From Felis catus (Eukaryota), in contig NC_058383.1 of NCBI RefSeq assembly GCF_018350175.1, positions 16,866,001-16,930,000 on the forward strand: 64,000 nucleotides of DNA, written 5' to 3'. This document shows, in pieces, positions 1 through 13,062 of this stretch. The position numbers were made by a program, and so were the translations under genes. The notes beneath the pieces were generated by a model. That model was not told where the DNA came from. It did not search any database and saw only the letters and a program-made list of their open reading frames with translations. Within the stretch, counting starts at the first letter, position 1; every line of letters begins with the position of its first letter.

Positions 1-2800
1 ACTCACAGCTCAGGTCTGTGGATATGGACAGATCTGGGTGTTGAGTCCTGCACTCTAGAGCTCCCTGAATTGTTAGCTGCTCCTTGGTCCAAATGTTGGG
101 GCACCCAGTGAAGGCATCCAAAGCATCCAAAATGAGCTGCCCTCAGCTCCGTGGCACCTTCTTTCCCCTCCCCCTCTGTGCAATCAGTGATTGGACTGAT
201 TGTGCAATCAGTATTTTGGACTCCCCTGGCTGCCAGGATCTCTGTGCTTGATATTGAAAATATTTTCTAGAGGCGAATTTGGTTTTTAATGGGAACATCA
301 GTAGGATAAAGCCTGGCCACTTCCTACAAGCCAACACAAAGCCTGTGTCCCTGACCAATACAGCAGCACCCCATCCCATGGCATCCCTTCTCCTAGTCTT
401 CATGGATCTCCTCTCTCACCTACTCCCCATTCAATGGTGTTTCTCTCCTTTTTCAGGAAGAGCCCCAAGTTTCTTCCCTCTGAGGATCTATCTTTTTCTG
501 CCTGGGGAACCCATTTCACAGCAGAGAAGACATAGGTTGTTGAGCATGGCCTCTCTTACATCTTCAGATCAAGTGGACTTTCCCTGACCTGACTTTGTGG
601 GAGAAAAATGGGAAGCACAGCCTCTTCTGTCACAAAAACTGAACTTGAGAGGTACCAAGGTATGGGCTGGAAGGTGCAGGGAATCACTGCTAGAGGAGCC
701 TGAGGGGTATGGAGGGGCTATACCCAGTTCCAAAGCCCCTGGATGAGGCTTTATCTATCCTGCAGCTTTCATGAGCATCTAATGTGCTTTGTAAAGGTTT
801 TCCTTGCTTATAGAAATTCAAGTGGTTCTTGCTGTTACCAATAAAACTACATCTGGATGAACACATTCAGGTTATGTTCTATAACTCATTGACCTGACCT
901 GTGCCTACAGGTTCTTTCCTGAGAGTAAGGAGCCCAGCCATGGTGGAGGGCCAGCAAGCAGACAGCAGTGGCCCATCCTACATCCTCCACTGGTCTGGAA
1001 GCAGAGCCTGGATGCTCTACTTAGAAGCTGAGTTATAGAACAGCAGGGGCTGAAGTGGCTGGGTGCATCACAGAATGGGGCCTATATGAGGTGTGTTCCA
1101 GGATATGGGGCAGGGATGCTGTGGGAGAGGTCACATGAGGGGGATATGGGCTCTTCCCTGCTCCTTCCCATTTTATATATCTGTATAAAAAACACAAAAA
1201 TTACAAAAATGCAGTGACAGGGAAGGGGAAGACATCCTTTGGTGTTGCAGCCAATATGAGCCACTGCAGGAACTGAGGTTGGTTGCTCAGCTGTAGCCGG
1301 TGGTTGCTTGAGCCTTTCAGTGACCTCAATACCTGGGGCTAGAACCTGCTCATGCTCCAGGTCTTCCAAAGATGCAGGTGGCTCTTCCAGCTCTTGACAG
1401 TGAATCAGAGCTGTGAGTACCATCTGCACTGGCTCTGATACTGCAGGTATGGTTGCTGCCTTTTCTAATTGCTAAGCTCCAGCAGGAGTGATGGCTTTTG
1501 CCAGCTTGGGCTCAAAAACTGTAACAATGGGCACCACAGTGGGAGCTGGGGCTAGCTGTTGAGGGAATTCTAGATCTTGCTCTGGAGCTGGTGCTATAGC
1601 TTCAAGAAGAGAAAGTATCATCACCATTATTGACTTTCCATGTCCCTTCCAAATAAGGGAAACCTCTCCCACAAGTCAGTGTCATCTGAGTCCAAGAACT
1701 CACCCCCAGGAGGTCTCCCCAGATGTGAGGTCATGGGGACAGTGATCTGAGACTACTCACTGCTCCCAGCCCAACCGCGGTCTCAGGAAACTTGCTCAGA
1801 AGACTTGCTCTGTCCCCTCCACATGCTCACATCACCTACCCTGAGTTCTCCTCACCCTCAGACTCTGGCTTATTGGGCTCAATGTGTTCTAGCCGTGAGA
1901 GGAGAAGCTGGGCATGGTGCTCCAGGTCTGAGCCTGACATGTTGAGTCCCACAAATTCCAGCAGCATCTTCAGGCATGGAAATTCAGAGGGCTGGAAAAA
2001 ATTCTCAGAGTAGTGGTCCAGCCAGGTGCCCAGGATGGAGGAGATGGCCCAGGGGATAGAGAAGTGGCAAAAGACTCCTCCCACACTGATGTCTCAGGGC
2101 ACCCTTGTGGGGACCTGGGCTCCTGTTCCTCCCACTTCTGGCTGTCCAGGGATTGGTTCACCTCTGATTTGGCAGTCCTGCCTGAGATAGTCCTGGTCTA
2201 TCCCCTGAGGGGGATGCTGACAGAAAGTCTTTTTGAAGACCTAGATCCAACATGGTAGAGAAATAGGGGGACCCAAAGTTCCCTCATTCTTCAAACACAG
2301 CAGTGTTGAGGCCAAAGGACTTTGAACTCCAAGAGTCCAGGGTGCTAAGTGACAGAGATGCCTCCCAGGGACCCAAGGGGACAACCTGGCAGGCCATAAG
2401 TGCATGATTGTGAACTGTGAGAGATAAAACGGGCAGCAGAGGAACAGAGGGGAGGGATCCCCTTCTGCAGAGAGACAAAGGGAAGACAAAGAGAGGCCAG
2501 GGAAGCATTAGACTGTATCCAGATGAGAGGAAAACCACAGACCAGGACAAAGATCCAATCTCTAACTGCAGGGTTTTCTCTGGACTGAGGCCAGCTGCCT
2601 GGTTCGCACACCTGGGGAGGAGAGAATCAAGTCCTGTCTTGGTAACCAGCTCAGAGGCGCATTCCACAGTGGGAGAAAGCAATCCCCTCCCTGGAATGCT
2701 GTGGGAAGAAGGTATATAACCATTCAAAGGACACAGGCTGCCTGCAGCCGGCCAGAGACCATATATCTGGCAGTATAGAGTAGCACTTCCCTGAAACTGG

Positions 2801-3070
2801 GGCAGAATGAGTGGGAACCTTTAAGACATTGGGGTTTAAGTCCCAGGTGAGTGCCAGGGAGGTGCAGGAGTCAGTGGAGTGGGATAAACCACATACACAG
2901 CACTGTGAGGCAGCACGAGGCAACTCTTCCCTGGAACCGGGGCACATGGAGCGGAACTCTTTTAAGACATCAGGGTTTAAATCCCAACTAAGCTCCAGGG
3001 AGGCATGGGAGTCAGTGAAGTGGGACAAACTGCCTCATTCGCACCTGCAGCACAGTGAGGATGGCCTGAA
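2801..3070 (+). repeat. Two ~140-bp tandem monomers in the L1 5'UTR
   Basis: GGCAGAATGAGTGGGAACCTTTAAGACATTGGGGTTTAAGTCCC at 2801 recurs as GGCACATGGAGCGGAACTCTTTTAAGACATCAGGGTTTAAATCCC at 2941; ORF 2811-3164 shows the duplicated peptide FKTLGFKSQ/FKTSGFKSQ. Confidence 0.8.
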
Positions 3071-5069
3071 CAAAGTGGTTTGGGTCATCCGGTCCATGGA
3101 GGAGAGACTGGGATGTCGCCATTTTTCTACCCATCACCAACAAGGTGAGGCTTCAGGGAACTGACACCATACCCACAGAGGAGGTGGCACCGGGCTACAC
3201 CAAACCACACCCCTCTGTGCCTGGTAACTGGGTATCTACAGGAACGGTATAGACCCTGAGGAACCAGACAGCCCCTCCTCCAGACCAGCGCTGTTGCATT
3301 GCCTGATTTCATTCTCAGACAATTCTTAATATATATCAATTTTTTCCTTCCTTTTCTTCTTCTTATCTCTTCCCTCCTCTTCTCTGGTTATTATGGTTGT
3401 TGGTTTGTTCAAGCAGACATATTTAATCTATTCTCTTTATACATGTTCTACACCTTCTTCTTTATTTTCCTTTCTCTCTGGATTAAGCCATATAGTTTCT
3501 CTCTCTGGTCAATTTTCTTTTCTTTTCTTTTTCCCCTCCCCTGTCATTTCTCTCTTTCTATGGGATAAAGCCTTTTCCATCAGCACCGCCTCTACCCTAT
3601 TGTTTACTTGTAGCTGGTGTTTCTGTATGTTTTGAGTTTTTTTGTTTGTGTGTGTGTGTTTCTTTGTTTTTGTTTTTTGTTTATTTGTTTGTTTTCCTTT
3701 CCAGGGCTACTTCATTGAACAAATCAAAGCACACTCGGTGGAGGGTCCAAAAAATCACAAGTAGGGAGATAAAGCAACCAAAGTTACAACAACAGAGCAA
3801 GGAACACACTCCAAAAAACACTTCCTGAAGGGCCATGCCCTGGACAGTGCATGACCCCTCTTTGACATAGTAGTGCTCACAGGTGCAGGGCACATAACAA
3901 GATTTTAAAACACATAAAGGACAGAAAACTGGCCAAAATGACAAAATGGAAGAATTATCCCCAAAAGAAATTCTGGGAAGAAATGACAGCTATAGAATTG
4001 ATCAAAACAATTCTTTAGAATATCACTAAACTAGAATTTATAATAATAGTCATAAGATTAATCGCTTGGCTTGAAAAAAGCATAGAAGACAGCACAGAAT
4101 GGATTTCTGCAGAGATAAAGACACTAAAAAAATAGTCATGATGAATTTAAAAATGCTGTAAATGAAGTGCAAAATAAACTAGAGGCAGAGAGAGTGAGGA
4201 TTGAAGAGGCAGAGGGAGATTAGGTGAAATAGAGGATAAAATTATGGGAAAAGATGAAGCTGAGAAAAAGAGAGATAAAAAAAATCTGGACCATGAGGGG
4301 AGAATTAGACAAGTAAGTGATTCATGAAACATAATAATGTCTGTATCATAGGAGTTACAGAAGAAGAAGGGATAGAGTAAGGGGTGGAAGGTGTACTTGA
4401 ACAAATCATAGCTGAGAACTTTCCCATCTGGGGAAGGAAATCCAGGAGACATAGAGAATTCCCTTCAGACATAACAGGAATCTATCTTCTGCATGACATA
4501 TCATAGTGAAACTGACAAAATACAAATATAAAGAGAGAATTCTGAAAGCAGCTAGGGATAAACAGACTTTAACCTACAAGGTTAGACACATAAGGGTAGT
4601 AGCAGACCTGTCTACTGAAACTTGGCAGACCAGAAAGGAGTGGCAGGAAATTTTCAATGTGCTGAATAGGAAAAATGTGCAGCCAAGAATCTTTATCCAG
4701 CAAGTCTGTCATTCAGAATAGAAGGAGAGATAAAGGTTTTCCCAATCAAAAACTGAAGGAATTCATCACCAGTAAACCAACCCTACAAGAGATCCTAATG
4801 GGGACTCTGAGTGGAATGTTGCAAAGACCATAAAGAACCAGGTACGTGACTACAAACATGAAATCTACAGATAACACAATGATTCTAAATCCATATCTTT
4901 CAATAATAACACTAAATGTAAATGGACTAAATACTTCAATAAAAAGACATAGAGTATCAGAATGGATTAAAAAAAAAAAAAAAACAAGACCCATCTATTT
5001 GCTGTCTACAAAGACCCATTTTAGACCTGAGGATACCTTCAGATTGAAAATGGGGGGATGGAGAAACTA

Positions 5070-5612
5070 GAGGGTATTAAGTGAAATTAGTCAATCAGAG
5101 AAAGACAAATATCATACGACTTCACTCATATGAGGACTTTAAGACACAGAACAGATGAACATAAGGTAAGGGAAGCAAAAATAATACAAAAACAGGGAGG
5201 GGGACAAAACATAAGAGACTCTTTATGGAGAACAAACAGAGGGTTACTGGAGGGGTACTGGGAAGCAGAGGGGCTAAATGTGTAAGGGGCATTAACAAAT
5301 CTACTCCTGAAATCATTGTTGCACTATATGCTAATTTGGATGTAAATTTAAAAAAATAAAATTAATGGGGTGCCTGGGTGACTCAGTCAGTTAAGCATCC
5401 AACTTCGGCTTAGGTCATGATCTCGTGGTCCATGAGTTCGAGCCCTGTGTCAGGCTCTGTGCTGACAGCTTGGACCCTGGAGACTGTTTCAGATTCTGTG
5501 TCTCCCTCTCTCTCTGACCCTCCCCCATTCATGTTCTGTCTCTCTCTGTCTCAAAAATAACATTAAAAATAAATAAGTAAATAAAATTAAAAATAAAATT
5601 AATTTAAAAAAA
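5070..5612 (+). mobile_element. 5'-truncated L1 3'-end fragment inserted into the host L1 ORF2 start
   Basis: L1 3' terminal sequence (GAGGGTATT...AGAGAAAGACAAATATCAT...A-tail) interrupts the endonuclease region; flanking duplication GGGGATGGAGAAACTA ~5054-5069 / GGGGATGGAGAACTA 5621-5635. Confidence 0.8.
5367..5588 (+). mobile_element. CAN-SINE (felid) in the A-tail of the L1 fragment
   Basis: GGGGTGCCTGGGTGACTCAGTCAGTT head, (CT)n, A-tail; TSD AAAAATAAAATTAAT 5352-5366 / 5589-5603. Confidence 0.92.
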
Positions 5613-6862
5613 GAGAGTGAGGGGATGGAGAACTATCTATCAGGCTACTGGAAGTCAGAAGAAAGCTGGAGTAGCCGTACTTATATCAGACAAACTAGAT
5701 TTTAAACTAAAGGTTGTAACAAGAAATGAAGAAGGATATTATATCATAATTATGAGATCTATACATCAAGAATAGCTAACAATTATAAATTTTTACACAC
5801 CCAATTAGGAAGCACCCAAACATAAGTAATCTTATTGGTAAGAATGTGGTAATTGCAGGGGGCTTTAATACTCTACTTACAACAATGGACAGATAACCTA
5901 GGCAGAAAATCAATAAATAAACAATGGCCATGAATGATACACTGGACCAAATGGACTTGACAGATATATTCAGAGCTTTTCATCCTAAATTAGGAGAATA
6001 CACATTCCTCTCAAGTGCACAGGACCATTCTCCAAGAGAGAACATATACTGGCTCATGAAACAGCCCTCAATAAATTTAGAAGAATTGAGATCATACTAT
6101 GCATATTTTCAGATCATAATGCTATGAAATTTGAAATCAACCACAAGAAAAAGTTTGGAAAACCTCCAAATGCATGCAAGATAAAGAACATCCCACTAAA
6201 GAATGAATGGGTCAACCAGGCAATTAAAGAAGAAATTTTAAAGTATATGGAAACAAATGAAAATGAAAACATGAAAGTCCAAACCTTGTGGGATGCAGGA
6301 AAGGCAATCCTAAGAGGAAAATACATAGCAACCCAGGCCTATCTCAAGAAACAAGAAAAATCCCAAATACAAAATCTAACAGCACACCTAAAGGAAATAA
6401 AGGCAGAACAGCAAAGACACCCCAAATCCAGCAGAAGAAGATAAATAATAAAGATCAGAGCAGAAATAAACAATATAGAATCTAAAAAAAACAGTAGAGC
6501 AGATCAATGAAACCAAGAGTCGGTTTTTTGAAAAAATAAACAAAATTGATAAACCCCTAGCCAGACTTCTCAAAAATAAAAGAGAGAGGACACAAATAGA
6601 TAAAATCACAAATGAAAACCAATCCTTCAAAAATACAAGCAATATCAGAGAATACTATGAAAAATTATGTGTCAACAAATTGGACAACCTGGAAGAAATG
6701 GACAAATTCCTAAGCACCCCATGCTACCAAAACTCAAATGGAAAGAAAGAAAATTTGAACAGACCCATAACTAGTAAAGAAATTGAATCAGTTATCAAAA
6801 ATCTCCCAACAAATAAGAGTCCAGGCCAGATGGCTTCCCAGGGGAATTCTACCAGACATTTA

Positions 6863-7090
6863 TTTATTTTTTTTTTAATTTTTTTTTTCAACGTTTATTT
6901 ATTTTTGGGACAGAGAGAGACAGAGCATGAACGGGGGAGGGGCAGAGAGAGAGGGAGACACAGACTCGGAAACAGGCTCCAGGCTCTGAGCCATGAGCCC
7001 AGAGCCCAACGCGGGGCTCGAACTCCCGACCACGAGATCGTGACCTGGCTGAAGTCGGACGCTTAACCGACTGCGCCACCCAGGCGCCCC
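6863..7090 (-). mobile_element. Young CAN-SINE
   Basis: CpG-rich body; perfect 15-bp TSD TCTACCAGACATTTA 6848-6862 / 7091-7105. Confidence 0.95.
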
Positions 7091-7695
7091 TCTACCAGAC
7101 ATTTAAAGCAGAGTTAATACCTATCCTTCTCAAGCTGTTCCAAAAAATAAAAATGGTAAGAAAACTTTCAGACTCATTTTTTGAAGCCAGCATTACCTTG
7201 ATTCCCAAACCAGACAGAGACCTAGGAAAAAAGCAGAATTACAGGCCAATATCCCTGATGAACATGGATGCAAAAATTCTCAACAGCATACTAACAAATC
7301 AAATTCAACAGCATATAAAAAGAATTATTCACCATGATCAAGTAGGATTCATTCCTGGGCTGCAGGGCTGGTTCAATAGTCACAAATCAATCAATGTGAT
7401 ACATAACACTAATAAAAGAAAGGATAAGAACCTTTGATTCTGATTCTTGTCAATAGATGCAGAAAAAGCACTTGACAAAATTCAGCAACCTTTCTTAATA
7501 AATACCCTCAAGAAAGATAGAAGGAACACAATTAAACTTCATAAAAGCCATATATGAAAAGCCCACAGCTAATATCATCCTCAATGGGGAAAAACTGAGA
7601 GCTTTCCCCCTGAGATCAGGAGCACGACAGGGATGTCCACTCTCACCACTGTTGTTTAACATACTGTTGGAAGTCCTAGCATCAGAAATCAGACA

Positions 7696-7893
7696 GGGGC
7701 GCCTGGGTGGCTCAGTCAGTTAAGCATCTGACTTTGGCTCAGGTCATGATCTCACAGTTTGTGGGTTCAAGCCCCGCGTCAGGCTCTGTGCTGACAACTC
7801 AGAGCTGGAACCTGCTTTGATTCTGTGTCTGCCTTTCATCTGTTCACACTCTGTCTCTATCAAAAATAAATAAACATTTAAAAAATTAAAAAA
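7696..7893 (+). mobile_element. CAN-SINE
   Basis: GGGGCGCCTGGGTGGCTCAGTCAG head, A-tail; TSD AGAAATCAGACA / AGAAATTGGACA. Confidence 0.92.
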
Positions 7894-9399
7894 AGAAATT
7901 GGACAACAAACTGAAATAAAAGGCATCAAATTGGCAAAGAAGAGGTCAAACTTTCACTTTTCGCACATGACATAATACTCTACGTGGAAAACCTGAAAGA
8001 CTCCACCAAAAGACTTCTACAACTGATACATGAATTTGCCAAAGTCGCAGGGTACAAAATCCAAGTACAGAAATCGGTTTCATTTCTATACACCAATAAT
8101 GAAGCAACAGAAAGAGAAAGAAATTTATCCCATTCACAATTGCACCAAGAAATTTAAAATACCTAGGAATAAACCTAACCAAAGATGTAAAAGATCTGTA
8201 TGCTGAAAACTATAGAAAACTTATGAAGGAAATTGAAGAAGACACAAAGAAATGGAAAAATATTCCATGCTCATGGATTGGAAGAATAAGTATTGTTAAA
8301 ATGTCAATACTACCCAAAGCAATCTACACATTCAATGCAATCCCAATCAAAATTACACCAGCATTCTCCTCAAAGCTAGAACAAACAACCTTAAAATTTG
8401 TATGGAACCACTAAAGACCCCAAATAGCCAAAGTACTATTGAAGAAGAACACCAAAGTGGGAGGTATCATAATCACAGACTTTAGCCTCTACTATAAAGC
8501 TGTAATTATCAAGACAGTATGGTATTGGCACAATACCATAAAAGACACATAGACTAATGGAATAGAATTGAGAACCCAGAATCAGACCCACAAATGGCAA
8601 ACTAATCTTTGACAAAACAGGGCAAAACATCCAATGGGAACAAGACAGTCTCTCTTGCAAATGGTGCTGGGAGAACTGGACAGCAATATGCAGAAGAATG
8701 AACCTGCACCACTTTCTTACACCATACACAAAAGTAAACTCAAAATGGATGAAAGACCTAAATGTTAGACAGGAAACCATCAAAACCCTAGAGGAGAAAG
8801 CAGGCAACAACCTCTTTGACCTCAGCTGCAGCAATTTCTTGCTTGACACATCTCCAAAGGCAAGGGAATAAAAAGCAAGAAATGAACTATTGGGACCTCG
8901 TTAAGAAAAAAATTTCTTCATTACAAAGGAAACAATCAACAAAACTAAAAAGCAGTGGACAGAATGGGAAAAGGTATTTTCCAATGACATATCAGATAAA
9001 GGGCTTGTATCCAAAATCTACAAAGAAATTACCAAAATCAGTACCCAAAAAACAAATAATCCAGTGAACAAATGGGCAGAAGACATGAATAGACTCTTCC
9101 AAAGAAGACATCCAGAGGGCCAACAGACACATGAAACGATGTTCAACTTCACTCATCATCAGGGAAATACAAATCAAAACCACACTGAGATACCACCTCA
9201 CACCAGTCAGAGTGGCTAAAATGAACAACACAGGAAACTACAGATGCTGGCGAGGATGTGAGAAATGGGAACCCTATTGAACTGTTGGTGGGAATGTAAA
9301 CTGGTGCAGCTGCCTTGGAAAACAGGGTGGAGGTTTCTCAAAAAATTAAAAATAGAACTACCCTATGACCTAGCAATGGCACTGCTAGGAATTTACCCA

Positions 9400-10680
9400 C
9401 GTTTTCACTCTTATGTGGATCTTGAGAAACTTAACAGAAGACCATGGGGGAGAGAAGGGGGAAAAAAGTTACAAACAGAAAGGGAGGGAAACAAACCACA
9501 AAAGACTCTTAAATACAGAGAACAAATTGAGGGTTGATGGGGAGTGGAGGAGAGGGGAAAGTGGGTGATGGGCACTGAAGAGGGCACTTGTTGGGATGAG
9601 CACTGGGTGAGTATGGAAGCCAATTTGACAATAAATTATATTTTTTTAATGACAATAAAGAGCTTCATGCTTATCTTGCAAAGTGAAGTGTGAAGAAATA
9701 AAAGGTCATCTCATATGGTATTGGTGTTAGGATAAATATTCATATTGCATTGTCTGGAAAACCTGAAAATAAGTTGCTGCAGTGATGCTCGTGAAGGGGC
9801 TTTAGGTAAATAGATATTAGGAAAATATGTTATCATTATAGCAGCAGTCATAAAACACTAGTTAAAGCCCTGTCTTAGTGGACACTGGTTAATTATTGAT
9901 CCTACTCCTAATCAAGTTGGCTATCACTGTATTCTTGATTTACTCACTCACATTTATAACTGTCATAACCAAACTGTAGTATAGGTTTTTCCCACTGTTT
10001 ACCTCAAAATGAATAGCCAAGCAGATGAAAATAAAGGGAAGAGATGGAAGGAGGGAAAAGCACCTCATTTGTCCCCAAAATTGGAACAGGAGTGAGTTAG
10101 GAAGAACAGGATCAGGTATAAATTTTTAAAAAATGAAAATACAGCTACACTTCTGAAAATCTATTATATTAATTCCATTTTTTTAATTTTTTTAAACGTT
10201 TATTTTTGAGACAGAGAGAGACAGAGCATGAACAGGGGAGGGGCAGAGAGAGAGGGAGACACAGAATCAGAAGCAGGCTCCAGGCTCTGAGCCATCAGCC
10301 AACGCGGGGCTCGAACTCAGGGACTGCGAGATCATGACCTGAGCCGAAGTCGGACGCTCAACCGACTGAGCCACCCAGGCGCCCCTATTAATTCCATTTT
10401 CAACGCATCGTTTATTCCATTTCCATGACTAAAGATAATCCTTTGTACTTCCTTGATGTTATTAAATTCCTTGGGTCTGCTATCTTAGAGGAAAGCATGT
10501 TTCCCTGTTGTATAAAAGAAAAGCTGAATTGACGGAGGCTGATGAAAAAATAAGGTAACTGCCAAATACTGTGGGAATCCTCACAAATGGCCCGTATATC
10601 AACACTGTACACTATGTTTCTTTTGATGTATCCCTAATAAAATAAATTAATCGTCAAAAAATAATAAATAATAAATAATA
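9400..10680 (+). mobile_element. L1 3'-end fragment (9400-9645) plus ~1 kb putative 3'-transduced sequence, nested in the host L1
   Basis: L1 3'UTR followed by non-L1 DNA ending in AATAAA (~10636) and an A-rich tail; flanked by a 51-bp duplication 9349-9399 / 10681-10731, after which host ORF2 resumes. Confidence 0.7.
10182..10385 (-). mobile_element. CAN-SINE within the putative transduced segment
   Basis: Perfect 15-bp TSD TATTAATTCCATTTT 10167-10181 / 10386-10400. Confidence 0.93.
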
Positions 10681-13062
10681 AAAATAGAACTACCCTATGA
10701 CACATCAATAGCACTACGAGGAATTTATCCAAGGGATACAGGAGTGCTGATGCATAGGGGCACACATACCCCAATGTTTATGGCAGCACCCTCAACAATA
10801 GCCAAATTATGGAAAGTACCTAAATGTCCATCAACTGATAAGTGGATAAAGAAGATGTGGTTTATATATACAATTGAATGCTGCTTGGCAACGAGAAAGA
10901 ATGAAATTATGCCATTTGCAGCAACACGGATGGAACTGGAGGGTATTGTAATAAGTGAAATCAGTCAGTCAGAGAAAGACAGATATTGTATGTTTCACTC
11001 ATGTGTGGAACTTGAGAAACTTAACAGAAGACCATGAGGGAAGGGAATGAGAAAAGATAGAGAGGGAGGGAGGCAAACCATAAGAGACTCTTAAGTACAG
11101 AGAATAAACTGAGGGTAGATAGGGGTGTAGGGAGAGGGGAAAATGGGTGATGGGCATTATGGAGGGCACTTGTTGAATTGAGTACTGGATGTTGTATGTA
11201 AGCAATGAACCATGGGAATCTACCCCCAAAACCAAGAGCACACTGTACACACTGTATGTTAGTCAATTGGACAATAAATTATATTTTTTAAAAAAGCCTT
11301 TTTGAGTGGGACCCCTTAACCAATAATGTGGTTATCTCTCTCCTTCGGGTAAGCCAGCCACACTCCTTGGTCTGTCTCCCTACCCACTTCCCACTTGAAT
11401 TCAACTCCACGTGGGCAGGGGCAGTGGTGTCTGGTTGGTTCATTGCCCTCACTGCATACACTAGTGCTCCATGAATACCTGACCAAATAGGGAACAAAGG
11501 GACTCTATCTCTTACCAGGGCTTCCCAGGATCCTCCTAATACCTCAAACGTTACCTATTCTGCCTATGTGCTGCCTCATTCACTCGGTACCCATGTGGGT
11601 GTCCTCACACTGACACTAATTCCCCACAGGGTGGAGGACATCTGGTCTCTGAGCCCTCACTGGGTCAGTCTCCTGAGCACTTGCTGAGCACCCACTGTTG
11701 ACGTTCCACCAGATTGGTGAGAGTGATGCTCCCCATACTCTCTAAGTCCCAGGATGTGGGTCCAGACAGGGCTGGGAGTGGGGAGGTATGGGGTGGGCTC
11801 TCTTAGGGGTTGACTCTGTCTTCTATCCCCCTCTGCTGTCACACTGTGCCCACACCCTATCTGTGACTCTCCAGGACCAGTTTCCAGGAGAATCCCTCAG
11901 ACCTTTGCCTTCTCAAAGGAATCACAGATGTGTGGGATCCAGGGTCCAACAGCCCCTTCAACTCACAGTCCCTTCACTGCTCTCTTGGAGAGGGAAGCCC
12001 CTCCTGCATTAGCTAAAGCCCATTCATATTTTCTGTTGCTCCAGGCATCCATTGTTTTCATCAAAGAAAGGAAGAATACATCCATACCTAGAGGAAGCCA
12101 GGAGGGCATCATATCAACTGTCCTGTGGGTGCTACCTCTTGTCATATCTAGTGTCACTGGCTCCTGACTAGAATGGAGCCCCAGAGGGCAGGGTGCTCTG
12201 TGCTCTGTGTATTGGATCACAGTCAGTTCCTAAAGAAGTGCCTGCACATGGTGGGGCTTCCTGTAGGTTTGATGAATGAATGAACCCAACCAGCCCCATC
12301 ACAGATATTTGAGTGGGGCTCAGACCCCCAGGTGGAGCCTCAAATCTCCTTTTCAAATGGGAAAACAGCCCAGATGAAGACCTGGTGATAGTGAGGGATA
12401 AGCAAAAACTTCATCATGGAGAAAGGACAATGATAACCCAGCACAGCACAACCCTGCCAGCAGACCTTTCCACAGGGCCAGGTGCACTTTCCCTGTGGAG
12501 CCCCACTGAATCCCTATAACTCTGCCCCAGTCAGAGGAACAAACTGAGATTCAAAGCCTGTACATGGCCAAATCCAACTGAACTGTGGAGAGGCTGGGTG
12601 CTCACCTTGTAAACAAGACTTCCAGCACCTGTTGGGTGGTGAAAAAGCTCTGTATGTGCCCAGAAATGTGGAGACATAGGTAGGGTCTCTGCAAGGAAGG
12701 TGGGCACCTGATGTCAAACTTGCTTCTTCAGCAGGCCTGCCTGGGTGGTCCACACTGCACAGGTCTCATTCATGTTCACAGTTGAGGCATTTTTACCCTG
12801 AGGTGGAATAGAGGAGGGACACACAGTCAGAGACAACACCATCGCCACTAGAAGGGTTGGGGTCCAGAATGCAGACCAAACCCCCAAGCCCTCAGTGACT
12901 TGTGGCAAGAGAGAGAAATAGGTGCCCACAGTTGAAAAAAAGGATCTTGGTATTAAAACTAGAATTTTAGGTGGGGAATGACCAAGCATGTTAGTATCTC
13001 AAGTCAGATTGTTAGCTATTGACGGCACCTCCTTGCATTACCAGCATAGACCCTGTGATTTT

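Larger units (their letters stand above)
2237..11292 (+). mobile_element. Full-length decayed carnivore LINE-1 with nested insertions, antisense in an intron of the RALGDS-like pseudogene
   Basis: L1-type 5' start (CCAACATGGTAGAGAAATAGGGGGACCC, decayed YY1 box), ~1.7-kb 5'UTR, ORF1 ATG at 3938, ORF1/ORF2 peptide fragments in the ORF track ([45 protein letters not shown]), 3'UTR and A-tail to ~11292. 13-bp TSD AAAGTCTTTTTGA 2224-2236 / AAAGCCTTTTTGA 11293-11305. Confidence 0.9.

Noticed and set aside
2159..2240. Possible small RALGDS-like exon with an AG acceptor near 2241
   Set aside because: The acceptor lies inside the L1 5' end; the true homologous exon (YGCILPF) is at 12028-12087.
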